Source: Snowella sp. (lineage in GTDB: Bacteria > Cyanobacteriota > Cyanobacteriia > Cyanobacteriales > Microcystaceae). From it: a DNA stretch of 64,000 nucleotides. The position numbers were made by a program, and so were the translations under genes. Positions 41,234 to 51,519 of the stretch are shown piece by piece (position 1 is the stretch's first letter; every line of letters starts with the position of its first letter). The notes under the pieces are model-generated. The model did not search any database. It was not told the origin of the DNA and worked only from the letters and a program-made list of their open reading frames with translations. The DNA lies in NCBI GenBank assembly GCA_035285545.1, contig JAYKGY010000019.1:96001-160000 (forward strand), read 5' to 3'.

Positions 41234-42592
41234 ATGCCCCTGCCTATCGTTGCCATTATTGGCCGCCCCAACGTTGGAAAATCGACCTTTGTTAATCGTC
41301 TTGCCGGTAACCAACAGGCGATCGTTCATGATGAACCCGGAATTACTCGCGATCGCACCTATCAGCCCTCATTTTGGCAAGATAGGGAATTTCAAGTCGT
41401 CGATACGGGCGGGATCGTCTTTGATGACGACAGCGAATTTCTTCCCCTCATCCGCGAACAAGCCATGTTGGCTTTAAGTGAAGCGAGCGCAGCAATTTTT
41501 GTGGTAGATGGACAAGCCGGCCCCACCCCAAGCGATTTAGAGATTGCCCAATGGTTACGACAGCAAAAAGTTCCGGTTCTCCTCGCGGTCAATAAATGCG
41601 AATCTCCCGAACAAGGCATCATTCAGGCAGCACAATTTTGGGAACTCGGCTTGGGAGAACCCTACCCCATCTCAGCAATTCACGGCAACGGCACAGGAGA
41701 ATTGCTCGACGAGTTAATTACCCATTTGCCCACGGTTGATCCGAATGCGGAACCCGATGAAATCAAAGTTGCCATTATTGGTCGTCCCAATGTTGGAAAA
41801 TCCAGCTTACTTAATGCCTTAACCGGAGAAAATCGCGCGATCGTTAGCCCCGTTTCTGGAACCACCAGAGATACCATTGATATGGTCGTAGAACGCGGCG
41901 AAACCCGCTATCGTTTAATTGACACCGCAGGCATTCGGCGCAAGAAAAACGTGGAATACGGAGCCGAATTTTTTAGTATTAATCGGTCATTTAAAGCGAT
42001 CCGTCGAGCAGATGTCATTCTTTTTGTTCTCGATGTTTTAGACGGTGTTACTGAGCAGGACTTGAAACTGGCAGGGCGCATTATGGAAGAAGGCAGAGCC
42101 GTTATTCTGATCGTCAATAAATGGGATGCGGTGGAAAAAGATGCCTTTACTATTTATGAGTATCAAAAAAATTTAATGTCGCGTCTTTACTTCATGGAAT
42201 GGGCAGATATGATCTTTGTCAGCGCGATGACAGGACAACGGGTACAGAATATTTTGGATGCAGTGGATCAAGCCTACAGTGAATATCGCCGCCGAGTGAG
42301 TACGGCAGTGATTAATGAAGTATTAGAAGAGGCCGTTTCTTGGCATTCTCCCCCCACGAGTCGCCAAGGAAAACAAGGCAAAATTTACTACGGCACCCAG
42401 GTTTCAACAGAGCCACCCACGATCACCTTGTTTGTGAATGACCCTAAACGGTTTAACGATAACTATAAGCGTTATATTGAAAGCCAATTTCGTAAACAAC
42501 TTGGTTTTAAAGGCACGCCGATCCGTTTATTTTGGCGGGGCAAGAAAGTCCGAGAAAACGAGCCTGGCCCCAATCGCGCTGCGAAAGTTTAG
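41234..42592 (+). CDS. der: ribosome biogenesis GTPase Der/EngA
   Basis: Two [16 protein letters not shown] and NKCE/NKWD motif sets. Confidence 0.97.
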   Translation: MPLPIVAIIGRPNVGKSTFVNRLAGNQQAIVHDEPGITRDRTYQPSFWQDREFQVVDTGGIVFDDDSEFLPLIREQAMLALSEASAAIFVVDGQAGPTPSDLEIAQWLRQQKVPVLLAVNKCESPEQGIIQAAQFWELGLGEPYPISAIHGNGTGELLDELITHLPTVDPNAEPDEIKVAIIGRPNVGKSSLLNALTGENRAIVSPVSGTTRDTIDMVVERGETRYRLIDTAGIRRKKNVEYGAEFFSINRSFKAIRRADVILFVLDVLDGVTEQDLKLAGRIMEEGRAVILIVNKWDAVEKDAFTIYEYQKNLMSRLYFMEWADMIFVSAMTGQRVQNILDAVDQAYSEYRRRVSTAVINEVLEEAVSWHSPPTSRQGKQGKIYYGTQVSTEPPTITLFVNDPKRFNDNYKRYIESQFRKQLGFKGTPIRLFWRGKKVRENEPGPNRAAKV

Positions 42593-42603
42593 ATTAATCG
42601 ACG

Positions 42604-42717
42604 TTAAACCACAGGGGCAGTGGTTAAGGCAAACCAAAGTAGCAGAACAATCGCTAAAATAATGAATTTGGCAAGTAAATAGCTGATGGAATAGGGCGTA
42701 AGAAAGGGACTTAACAT
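42604..42717 (-). CDS. putative 37-aa single-TM small protein
   Basis: MLSPFLTPYSISYLLAKFIILAIVLLLWFALTTAPVV, preceded by GAGGAG RBS. Confidence 0.55.
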   Translation of the reverse strand: MLSPFLTPYSISYLLAKFIILAIVLLLWFALTTAPVV

Positions 42718-42848
42718 AATCTCCTCAAGGACGGCAGTGATTGATGTTCTGATTCCTCTATTTCTATTTTCGCTCTGCTTTCCCTATTTCATTGCAATAA
42801 TTACAACTCCGTAACATCGTTGCATAGATTCATATTTTTTTGGAAAGT

Positions 42849-42958
42849 TGAAGTGGATCCCCGAAACTAGACAGGAAAAAGAAGAATGGTAAGCTCGAAG
42901 CAAGAAATCCAAGAAGAAAGATGAGTCCCCGAAAAAACAGTACAGTGCCCAGTTCAAA
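42849..42958 (+). mobile_element. IS3-family left-end remnant
   Basis: TG-starting IR-like TGAAGTGGATCCCCGAAACTAGACA followed by a broken OrfA-like start (..KQYSAQFK). Confidence 0.55.
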
Positions 42959-43364
42959 CCCACATTCCGCTATTTGAAGAGGGGTAAAAAGAATTAAGAA
43001 TCAGGAAGAGGAAGGAGATCGTATCGGCGACAAGCATTGCTAAAGAAGCGCAAAATATGTTGTCGCTCATCAGTTAAGTTAACGATTTGGGTAACACCCT
43101 GAACAACAACGAAATGAACAGCCATAAAACACTGAAAGACCCAGCGAAGAGTCGGAGAAGAAGTGGGTTTACCTAATTGGTTAGGAATCGTCTCTGCTTG
43201 TTGCGCTAAAGCCTGCCTCAGTTGTCTCTGTCCCAGATTGTAAACCAGTAAACACAATGCCATGATTAATCCCAAAGCAGCAATCCGCTTGGGCGACTTG
43301 AGAAAAACACTGGAAGTGAAAAACATCGGGTCTTTATCCCACTCTTCAAACAGCGGAATGTGGG
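42959..43364 (-). mobile_element. internally deleted IS1634-family mini-element
   Basis: Terminal inverted repeats cccacattccgctatttgaagag / ctcttcaaacagcggaatgtggg around a transposase C-terminal fragment only. Confidence 0.85.
42994..43326 (-). pseudogene. IS1634-family transposase C-terminal fragment
   Basis: KDPMFFTSSVFLKSPKRIAAL, PNQLGKPT..PTLRWVFQCF motifs. Confidence 0.88.
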
Positions 43365-43491
43365 CTGTAACCTATTTGGCTGAACGGGCTAAGTTATTTG
43401 GCTTGGTTAAAGCCGAGCGTAAGCGACATCGAGAGAAAGCCACTCTCCATCAGCAAATTTGGGCATCCATTGCTTTAAGTTGACACCAATG
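43365..43491 (+). mobile_element. IS4-family right-end remnant
   Basis: Transposase tail YLAERAKLFGLVKAERKR..LS* ending in ttaagttgacaccaatg, resembling a cyanobacterial IS4 terminal repeat. Confidence 0.7.
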
Positions 43492-43576
43492 AATAGTATT
43501 ATGTCCTTAGTGGTAAAATTTATTTTGCTTTTAATGAAGTTGACTTACTTACCAGCAGATTTTTAAAAGCAAGAGT

Positions 43577-45562
43577 TTAACTTAAAAGCCGATAACGCAG
43601 ACTGAGTAACTGTAACCACAGACTAGGATAGTTACTTTCTAACCAGGGTTGGGCTTTTTCGAGAAATTGACTGTACCAAGGTTTTATTAATAATTTTTGG
43701 AAAGCATTAGCCGTAAATTCGCCGTAAACACCAACCCAGCGTAGGAGATCTTGTGTACCTGCCATTTCCCAAATCCAGAGTAACAGCGCAGGATTTTTAC
43801 GAGCCGCAATTAGGGCTAATCGGGTAAACATCGACCAGGTGGTTCGGTCTTTAATAAAGGTTTCAGCCACATTCGGCGGTGAATCAGCCAATAGCCCGAA
43901 AAAGGTATTGAGCATGGAATTAACCCGCTCAGGGGGCAAGATTTTACCCGTCGGAACCATCATTCCTTTTGAAAATAGCCAGGTAACGGCAATGTTGCTT
44001 TGATAGGCTCGAATTTGGTTTAAGTCCTCTCCTTTTAATAAATCGTGTTTTAAAGCCGTATTGAGTAAATCCGTTAAACGCCCTAAGTTACGCACCAAAG
44101 AGCCAAAGCCGGTGAAGACTAAGGGAGATTGTAATGAGGCAGCATCCCCAATGGCTAATAATCGATCAAAGGCGACACGGCGATCGCTTTGACTGGCGCT
44201 GAAGTGGCCAGGGATGTAGCCAAAGGTGGCTTTTTTCCAAGTCAGTTTTTCCAGATCACAGCGACGATATTCGGGCAAAATGGTGAAGAAATCTTCGTAC
44301 ATTTCCAATAATGAGCCTGGATTATCGGGATGAACCTGATGGTAATGGAACAGATAAAACGTTAATTCATCGCCTGCACCTGGAAATAATTCCCAAATTA
44401 ACTGCCGTCCCCGTGAAATATCGCCATGAGAATTTAGCACATCGCCGTAGGTGGCATCCCATACATCCGACCCCATGCCTTCAATGACTGCCCCCACCGT
44501 TGGACAGACGCTATCGAAAGTATTTGAACCATTTAACTGCCAAGCAATTGGAGAAGCCGTTCCCATCGCATCAATCAGTAATCGCCCTTGAGCTTGTTTT
44601 TGAGTTTGGCTGGGTAAATGGACTAGCTGGAGGGTTACTTTTTGTGGGTCTAAATCGGCGCGAATAAATTCGGTTTCATCCCAAATTTCGCCTCCTGCTT
44701 GCCGGAGTTTTTCACCGCACAGTTGCAACAGTTTGGCAGAGTCTAGGGCAATATTTAAGACCGTTGGGGTATGTAAAACGGCAGCTTTTAGATGGGGCGG
44801 ATTGTTACCGTCAAAGAATTTATTAAATCCATCTTGATATTCCCTCGCAATGATTCCTTCAAATTCTTCTGCCGTAAATAGACCTAATTCAATTAATCGT
44901 TGAAATTCCGAGCGAGAAATATTCCATTCCCGATTCATTCGCCCAAAGGGTAAGCGTTCAATCAATAGCACTCGATAACCTAGCTGGGCCATAACAGCCG
45001 CATGAATCGCCCCTAGTGCACCGCCAATATAAATTAAATCGTAGCGTTCCCCTAGATCTTCTTTGATTTCCGTTGCTTCAAAGAAAACTTGTTTGGGCGT
45101 TTGGGGATTGCGGGCACTGTCTCGCCAACGTTTTTCCCACCAATAAACCCGTTGAAGGTCGTATTCCCCTTGGGGCATTTTTTGAAAAAAATGAACGGTT
45201 TGGGGGTAATAGGGTTCTAGGGCTTCAAAAATGGATTGGTTACTTAAATCAATTTCAGGCGGAGCGGGATAGACAGAGGGAAATTGGGCCCGAATATCCG
45301 TCACCAATTGTTGAATAATGGCAGATTCTTGAGTAAAAGCTTGTTCTCCCCAACGAAAAATTTTTAAATAAGTCGTCCGTTGAACTGACCAAATGAAGAG
45401 AGAAAGTTCAGTGGTATTACTTTTGTTAAGTTTGTTAACTAATCTGAGTCCGTCGGGAGTTAGATTTTTTTCGCCGGTGACAGGTTGCCAGGTATGCTGT
45501 AGCCATGTCCGTACCGCGTCAATATCAGGGGTTGGGACTTCGATGTATAGGATTTCACGCAT
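43577..45562 (-). CDS. cruA: CruA-type lycopene cyclase (flavin-dependent)
   Basis: IYIGGALG, REWNISR, DAMGTASPI, GDAASLQSPLVFTGFG motifs; long N-terminal extension typical of CruA. Confidence 0.82.
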   Translation of the reverse strand: MREILYIEVPTPDIDAVRTWLQHTWQPVTGEKNLTPDGLRLVNKLNKSNTTELSLFIWSVQRTTYLKIFRWGEQAFTQESAIIQQLVTDIRAQFPSVYPAPPEIDLSNQSIFEALEPYYPQTVHFFQKMPQGEYDLQRVYWWEKRWRDSARNPQTPKQVFFEATEIKEDLGERYDLIYIGGALGAIHAAVMAQLGYRVLLIERLPFGRMNREWNISRSEFQRLIELGLFTAEEFEGIIAREYQDGFNKFFDGNNPPHLKAAVLHTPTVLNIALDSAKLLQLCGEKLRQAGGEIWDETEFIRADLDPQKVTLQLVHLPSQTQKQAQGRLLIDAMGTASPIAWQLNGSNTFDSVCPTVGAVIEGMGSDVWDATYGDVLNSHGDISRGRQLIWELFPGAGDELTFYLFHYHQVHPDNPGSLLEMYEDFFTILPEYRRCDLEKLTWKKATFGYIPGHFSASQSDRRVAFDRLLAIGDAASLQSPLVFTGFGSLVRNLGRLTDLLNTALKHDLLKGEDLNQIRAYQSNIAVTWLFSKGMMVPTGKILPPERVNSMLNTFFGLLADSPPNVAETFIKDRTTWSMFTRLALIAARKNPALLLWIWEMAGTQDLLRWVGVYGEFTANAFQKLLIKPWYSQFLEKAQPWLESNYPSLWLQLLSLRYRLLS

Positions 45563-45720
45563 CTGAATCATTGGCACTTTACGGGAATTACGAAAATTTG
45601 CTGTCACAATCGGCTAAAAAATGGGTTAAACTTCCGTTAAATAATTGGCGATCGCTATGACGATTCAGTCACGTTAACCGCTATGATCCATTATCTAAGT
45701 TTCTGCCACCCTTGAGCCTT

Positions 45721-45963
45721 ATGCATTATCCCATTCCTGCCAGCCCTGAAGAAATTATCGCTCTCCGTAATCGTCCCGTTGATGAAGAGTTGATTGCGTT
45801 GGCGATCGCAGGAATCGTGCGACTGGCTCGGTTGCGGGGTCAATCTTTGGATGATTTAACGGCGGAAGTTTTAGCAGAAGATCCGGTTTTGGATGTGGTG
45901 CAACGCAATTGGCTCAGTAAAATGGTGGCTCAGGCCTGGAGTGCTTTACCTTATACCAAGTAA
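45721..45963 (+). CDS. conserved cyanobacterial hypothetical protein
   Basis: PVDEELIALAIAG..R..GQSLDDLTAEVLAED; fills the gap between cruA and menC. Confidence 0.7.
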   Translation: MHYPIPASPEEIIALRNRPVDEELIALAIAGIVRLARLRGQSLDDLTAEVLAEDPVLDVVQRNWLSKMVAQAWSALPYTK

Positions 45964-46027
45964 TTTAACCCGCGATCGCGCTCATTACCTAACAGTCGCG
46001 TGGGATGCTTCCTCAATATTTGCCTCT

Positions 46028-46939
46028 TTAAACAGAATCTTCAAACCACTGTTCAACGCCAAAACCCAAAGCTCGATTGGGATTATGAAGTTCTTGGGCT
46101 AATTTTAATACGGCTTGTCGTCCGATTCGGGTTTCAAAAACTGAAGAAAAAACCACATCAATCGGATGCGTTTGAATCCAATTTTGTAATTTTGTTGGAG
46201 ATCCCATAATCGCCGCTTTAATCACATAAATTCCTCGCCATCCCTGTTCATAACATTGTTGCAACTGTGGCAAACTACTCACCGACTCATCCAGCGCGAT
46301 CGCGGTTTTAAATTCTTCCGTCAATCTGAATAAATCAAAAAAACGCTCAGGGGGTAAGGGTTGTTCAATAAATTCTATTTTCCCGACTTCATCGGCAAGA
46401 GATAACCAGCGTTTAGCCTCATCGAAGCTTAATCCGCCGTTTGCATCTAAGCGTAATTGGGCATTCTCAGGTAATTGGCTCACTAATTGCTTAAAAACAG
46501 AACTTTCAATCTTAAAATCTTGAACACCAATTTTCCATTTGTAGGTTTTATAGCCGCGATCGCGTTGTTGATTGATGACTTCTACAGCCTTTTTTCCCGT
46601 TGGCAATAAATAGCTATAGGATTGAGGCGATAAAGGAGATATTTCGCCCAAAAAGAAGGCCGATTCAAAACCAAATTGGCAGGCAGGTAAAGAATCAGGA
46701 ATTGTAGTAATAATGGGGAGATCAACTATTGACCCTAAAGATTGACAAAAATCTAAGGCTTGCGCTAAATTTTCCGAGCCAAAATCGGCTAAAGGCGCAA
46801 TTTCTCCTAAATAAAGCTGATTATCAGAATTCCGCAATTGTATAATAATCCCTTCCCGAACTGACCAGATCCCATGATGGGTTTGGAGGGGAACTTTAAA
46901 CGGTCTGCGGTAGGGAGAAAACTGGAATTGATAGCGCAT
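46028..46939 (-). CDS. menC: o-succinylbenzoate synthase
   Basis: GEIAPL, KWK, LRLDANGG, IEQP, ALDES motifs. Confidence 0.9.
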   Translation of the reverse strand: MRYQFQFSPYRRPFKVPLQTHHGIWSVREGIIIQLRNSDNQLYLGEIAPLADFGSENLAQALDFCQSLGSIVDLPIITTIPDSLPACQFGFESAFFLGEISPLSPQSYSYLLPTGKKAVEVINQQRDRGYKTYKWKIGVQDFKIESSVFKQLVSQLPENAQLRLDANGGLSFDEAKRWLSLADEVGKIEFIEQPLPPERFFDLFRLTEEFKTAIALDESVSSLPQLQQCYEQGWRGIYVIKAAIMGSPTKLQNWIQTHPIDVVFSSVFETRIGRQAVLKLAQELHNPNRALGFGVEQWFEDSV

Positions 46940-46980
46940 TTCTCAAATTTTACGCGATCGCCAATTTATTTGAGCAAAAT

Positions 46981-47015
46981 AAAACAAACCCCTCCCACAA
47001 CAGAGAAGGGTTAGT
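46981..47015 (-). terminator. intrinsic terminator after rpsU
   Basis: Minus-strand hairpin aacccttctc...gggaggggtt followed by tgtttt. Confidence 0.65.
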
Positions 47016-47040
47016 CGAACAAAACGAGAATTTGTAGCTA

Positions 47041-47223
47041 TTAACGGCGGCGAGAACGCTGTCTTCTGCGGGTTGCTTCTTTCCGCTTCCGTTTTTCCTG
47101 GGGCGTTTCAAAGAACTGATGCTTCTTGAAATCTGTATAAATGCCAGCTTTGGCAACTTGACGCTTAAAGCGACGTAGCGCGGATTCAATGGGTTCATTT
47201 TGACCAACGACAACTTGAGTCAT
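47041..47223 (-). CDS. rpsU: 30S ribosomal protein S21
   Basis: [29 protein letters not shown]. Confidence 0.96.
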   Translation of the reverse strand: MTQVVVGQNEPIESALRRFKRQVAKAGIYTDFKKHQFFETPQEKRKRKEATRRRQRSRRR

Positions 47224-47480
47224 TCTTGAATTTTTAAACCTCCTATGAAAGTATGCGAGTCTAGGACTCATGACACCAAACTAAGACTAAGGGCTGTGTA
47301 CCCATAGCCTATTCATCTTATCCTTTTTTGGCTGCCCAAGGTTAGTTGCTACAAAATTTTGATCGATACCAATAAATGTTTTACAGTCTGTCTTTTGACA
47401 AAAACTCAGAAATTACAGTAATTGTGAGGAAAATTCAGCTTAAGCCAGCACCGATTTAATCCCTCTGGAGTAACTTAACA

Positions 47481-48044
47481 TTACAAGGCCCAAAGGCTAA
47501 TGATCGCCGCTAAGGCTGCCCCCAAAGTATCCATAATTAGATCCGTAATGGTGTCATCTAGGCTTCCGATGACCTCTGTTGCTAGTATTTTTTCCGCCGA
47601 CCATTCAGCGATTTCCCACAATGCCCCCATAGCAATGCCAAAACTGGTAATCGTTAAGAGATAGAGCCATTGGTGCTGTCGAAAGGTCGTAAGCATCACT
47701 TGATACACCAAAAATCCTAAAGCTAGCGTCAACGCAAAAGTGGTGAACAGATGGGTGATTTCATCGTAGGGCCCTGCTAGGTAGAATAATCCCCAAACCC
47801 AGCCCCCCGCGTTGAGGAGTGCGGCTAAAACGAATAGAAAATCGAATAAAGTCGGTAGTTTATCATCTTGAACAATAAAAATGAAGGATGCAGCCAGAAA
47901 AAGAAAGAGTATTAGGGCATTTTGCCACTTTCCTTGGGTCATGGCCAGTAATACAGCGATCGCTAACAATGCTTGTCCTCCCCAGGCTGCTCGGCGATAC
48001 CCTTTCCAATTTTTGTTTTGCATCTTATTCTCCCATTCCTTCAT
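47481..48044 (-). CDS. integral membrane protein (DUF2238-like)
   Basis: YDEITH, GALWEIAEW, DTITDL motifs within TM segments. Confidence 0.7.
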   Translation of the reverse strand: MKEWENKMQNKNWKGYRRAAWGGQALLAIAVLLAMTQGKWQNALILFLFLAASFIFIVQDDKLPTLFDFLFVLAALLNAGGWVWGLFYLAGPYDEITHLFTTFALTLALGFLVYQVMLTTFRQHQWLYLLTITSFGIAMGALWEIAEWSAEKILATEVIGSLDDTITDLIMDTLGAALAAIISLWAL

Positions 48045-48056
48045 AGAATTTATTGG

Positions 48057-49343
48057 CTAAAAATTCTGATCAGGCGGTTCAAGAACATTGATATCCACTA
48101 AGGGGGTAAGGTTAAAGTTCGGCGATCGCAAACGAGTTTGAATGGCCTGCGTCAGGTGGGAACGAATTTCGGATGCAGGTAAACTAACCCCCTTTGCCCG
48201 TTGCACGTATACCACGCAGAGTAAGGTATTTTGACTGGACGGATTAGATTGGGTAAAACGGAGATTGGCTTCTACGAGATCGGCCAACTGTTCTTGCTGA
48301 ATAACTTCTTGAATTTCTGCATTCGCACGTTGGGCAAAACTAGCCCGTTCTCGTTCGGGAGGGGTCGCAAATTGCCAGCTTAATAATCCGATTAAGGCGA
48401 TCGCGGTTACGGTTAACGTGAGCGGAAAAACCCCTTTTTGGCCTCGGCTGTAACGGCTCTCTCGAACAGATACTCCATACAAACGAAATATCAAGGCGGC
48501 TGAAATATTAATCCCAAAAAATTGCAGCAATAACAGAAAGAGTCCATTACTCACCATCTCCCAGCGTCCAATGGCGATCGCCATCCCCACAATCCCCGCC
48601 GGTGGAGCTAAAGATGCGGCAACGAGCATTCCCGTAGCTGCGCCTGAAACTAAACTACTCCGTTCAGATTGCGCCAGATTGATCGCGCCGGCAGCCCCTG
48701 CGGCTAAGGGCAATAACACTGCAACCGTTGAAATTTGGCTCCGTTCCACAATAGACGTGGTAGCAATTTCTTGGTGCAAAATAAAACTGAGGATTCCAGT
48801 GATGAAAATTGTAACCCCCAGCGCCACAAAATAGCGCAAAATACTGCGCCCCAAGAGTGACCAATCGCCACGGGCTGTCGCGATCGCTGTGTTCATCGCA
48901 GGACTGGCAAAGGGAGCAATTAGCATCGCCGCCACTAACAAATAGCTGGTATCGGTATATAAACCAATCCAAACAACTACCCCTGCAACCGCCGCATAGG
49001 ACAAAAACCCTGTCCAAGATCCGACACTTTGTAAACCGGAAAGAAAAATTTCAATCGGGCTTCGTACCTGAACCTGTTTGACCTGTTTTGGGGCTTCATC
49101 TGCTGGCGGTCGTAAGGCAATCACCCCAGACGGAAATAGAGTCGTGTGGACGTTGGGGATATCTTGGAGTTTTTCCAAAAAATCTTCAACGGCTCGATTC
49201 GGCAAATGAATTGTCACCAAATCGATCTCATTTTCGTTGGATATTGCTTCAACCTGGGAGAGGTTCACGCCTTGATGAGCGATCGCCAAATCAAAAACTT
49301 TTTTGCCATCACTACGAGGCACTTGAATTATCAGTTGGCGCAT
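48057..49343 (-). CDS. DUF389 membrane protein
   Basis: LLVAAMLIAP, AAGAAGA, GMLVAASLAPPA motifs. Confidence 0.85.
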   Translation of the reverse strand: MRQLIIQVPRSDGKKVFDLAIAHQGVNLSQVEAISNENEIDLVTIHLPNRAVEDFLEKLQDIPNVHTTLFPSGVIALRPPADEAPKQVKQVQVRSPIEIFLSGLQSVGSWTGFLSYAAVAGVVVWIGLYTDTSYLLVAAMLIAPFASPAMNTAIATARGDWSLLGRSILRYFVALGVTIFITGILSFILHQEIATTSIVERSQISTVAVLLPLAAGAAGAINLAQSERSSLVSGAATGMLVAASLAPPAGIVGMAIAIGRWEMVSNGLFLLLLQFFGINISAALIFRLYGVSVRESRYSRGQKGVFPLTLTVTAIALIGLLSWQFATPPERERASFAQRANAEIQEVIQQEQLADLVEANLRFTQSNPSSQNTLLCVVYVQRAKGVSLPASEIRSHLTQAIQTRLRSPNFNLTPLVDINVLEPPDQNF

Positions 49344-49491
49344 AGTATTCAGTTTTCAATGATCAAACTCAAGTAAACTCAGCCTTTAGAGAACACGACA
49401 ACACAGAACATCAGACAAAAGAGATTCTCCCCGCAGATTCATGGGCTGGAGTCAGAAAGTAAATTCTTTGGGGAGAAACAATCCCTGTCCG

Positions 49492-50232
49492 TTACCACAG
49501 ACCCTGAATAGGTTCCCCTCCGGTGGTGGGTTGATTGTTAAAAGAGCCAGGGGCATTCATTTGGCTGGGGGGTTGATTATTCATCTGGTTGGGATAACGA
49601 TTATTCGGATCATTGACTGTGTTATTGGGTTGGTTACTTTCATTGATTTGATCCGTCGTCATCGGGGCAGGCGCGTTGGGATCAACCCTTTCCGTGGTGG
49701 TATTGGGAACACGAACGGGGTTGCGATTGATTTGATTCTGGGGTACATTCGTCGGATTGGTATTGTTAAATTGCGGGTCTGACGTGTTTGGTGTCGTGGT
49801 GTTGGGGGTCGTCGTGTTCGGCGTAGTGGTCTCTACCTCAATGCGGTCAATGGTAGTGTTGTTGTTCGGTTGCGGGGTAAACCGATCAGTGGTGGTATTG
49901 GGAACCCGAACGGGGTTGTTAACCCGATTAGACGGAACTGGCGAAACCATTGGCTCATTGCCCGTCATAGGAGAGTTGGGATTGGTGACGTTATCATTCG
50001 TCGTGGGAGAGATGGTATTGCTTGGGGTACGGTTAGGGGAATTCGCTGAATCCTCATACAATTTTTGTAAATTAGAGGGAATGAATTTTTGAGCAATTAA
50101 GGTGTCATGGGTGGGGCGAGATGGGGCTTGAGTCACGAGATTATCGGAGGCATGGGAACGAAGGGGCATCATCATCGTCATACTCAAACCGACGGCGGGC
50201 CAGATAAGAAAATTCATACTTAAATTCTCCAT
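49492..50232 (-). CDS. secreted low-complexity N/T/P-rich protein
   Basis: Signal peptide-like N-terminus, internal repeats, ends EPIQGLW; start uncertain. Confidence 0.7.
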   Translation of the reverse strand: MENLSMNFLIWPAVGLSMTMMMPLRSHASDNLVTQAPSRPTHDTLIAQKFIPSNLQKLYEDSANSPNRTPSNTISPTTNDNVTNPNSPMTGNEPMVSPVPSNRVNNPVRVPNTTTDRFTPQPNNNTTIDRIEVETTTPNTTTPNTTTPNTSDPQFNNTNPTNVPQNQINRNPVRVPNTTTERVDPNAPAPMTTDQINESNQPNNTVNDPNNRYPNQMNNQPPSQMNAPGSFNNQPTTGGEPIQGLW

Positions 50233-50725
50233 TTTGTTCAAATTCGTATTTTTATAAGCAGCTTGGAGAAAGTAAACTGGCTATTTCCGAAAAAAGTAAC
50301 CCGTTCACTCCCGTTATTGAGCATTTATTGAGTAACTGATTGACCGCGATCGCTGGTGTTTAGAATGTTTTTACAGCCAGCAGTCTTGTTACGGTACTCA
50401 GATTTTTCTAAGCATGACAGGCTAACGTTGAAAATCATGTATAGAAAAATTTTTGAGTTGTATAATCTGAATCAATTCAATAATTTTTTTCGATTTTTGT
50501 AACAAATTGATCAGCAATTAAAAGTATTTATTGCTAATAAAACCGAATGGCAAATAAACCCTACTTAGGATAGAGAAATCCTGCTGATCTTTTTATCTTT
50601 TATTGGAATAATTTTCTCAATCAATCTAAAAAAACAAAAATTTAAGGAGCAATCTCGAAAATAAGGAGAAATCGGTGAGAAATGGGCGCAGAGATACGCC
50701 CCCCTAAATGATGAGCATTGCATGG

Positions 50726-51337
50726 CTATAAACTCGGCTGATGCTCACTCAGCTTATGACCTTTGCTCTTGAAAACCCGCTGGGCGTTTAAAACGTCCTC
50801 ATTACTGCCGACAACAATGACTAAAAATTGCCCTTTGGCAACATAGGCTTCGTACAGCAGCGAATCCGCCTTATCAATCCCCAATTGTTCGTGTAAAAAC
50901 CGACCTAATCCCCCTTCTTTATCGATATCTTGCCAGTTCAATAAACCCTGTTGGTAATGATTGGCAAGGATAGAAATGTTGGGTTGGGGTAAACCGGCTA
51001 AGCACAGATCCTGGACGACGGTTTCCGCACGGTTTTGATCGGGAAAACAATCGACAATGGTATATTGGCTTTGCTGGTAAGCTTCAGGAGCCACAATATG
51101 ATGATCCTGGGTTTCCACATACATTTCAGGTTCAACGGCGTAGTTATTGGTTAGCCCTTCCTTGTCAACGGTGTAGCCGGTATCGGTATGGAGGGTGGCA
51201 GATTCTTCTACGAGATGGCTGGGATGTTTATAGTCAGAACCTTCCCGTTCTTTTCGGGCGGCAGTTTCGGCGGGAATGATATGGGGATCGTAGGTATCGC
51301 TGGTTCCTGAATGGGAATGATGGGTTGAATGGGTCAT
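50726..51337 (-). CDS. hypothetical protein with Psb34-like motif and general-stress-protein-like C-terminal domain
   Basis: YTVDKEGLTNNYAVEPEMY; AE.VVQDL..AG...NISIL and LGI....YE..V.KGQFLV.V.G. Confidence 0.7.
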   Translation of the reverse strand: MTHSTHHSHSGTSDTYDPHIIPAETAARKEREGSDYKHPSHLVEESATLHTDTGYTVDKEGLTNNYAVEPEMYVETQDHHIVAPEAYQQSQYTIVDCFPDQNRAETVVQDLCLAGLPQPNISILANHYQQGLLNWQDIDKEGGLGRFLHEQLGIDKADSLLYEAYVAKGQFLVIVVGSNEDVLNAQRVFKSKGHKLSEHQPSL

Positions 51338-51519
51338 AATTAATGCACTCTTAAAGGTTGAATCAAAAGCTTAAAAATGAACGCGATCGCAAAAAAAGAA
51401 ACTTTTAAAAAATCGGAAAAAACATTTCTTAAAAACCATTACAGAAAAGTCTGCAACTAATTTTTAACCCTGACTGATTTGACTAATCCCATAATGATCA
51501 AAAAGACGAACTGAGCAAG

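Noticed and set aside
43262..43483. 73-aa ORF
   Set aside because: Chimeric frame reading from the IS1634 antisense strand through its terminal repeat into an IS4 tail
49441..50092. Plus-strand Val/Gly-rich ORFs
   Set aside because: Antisense shadows of the N/T/P-rich minus-strand gene
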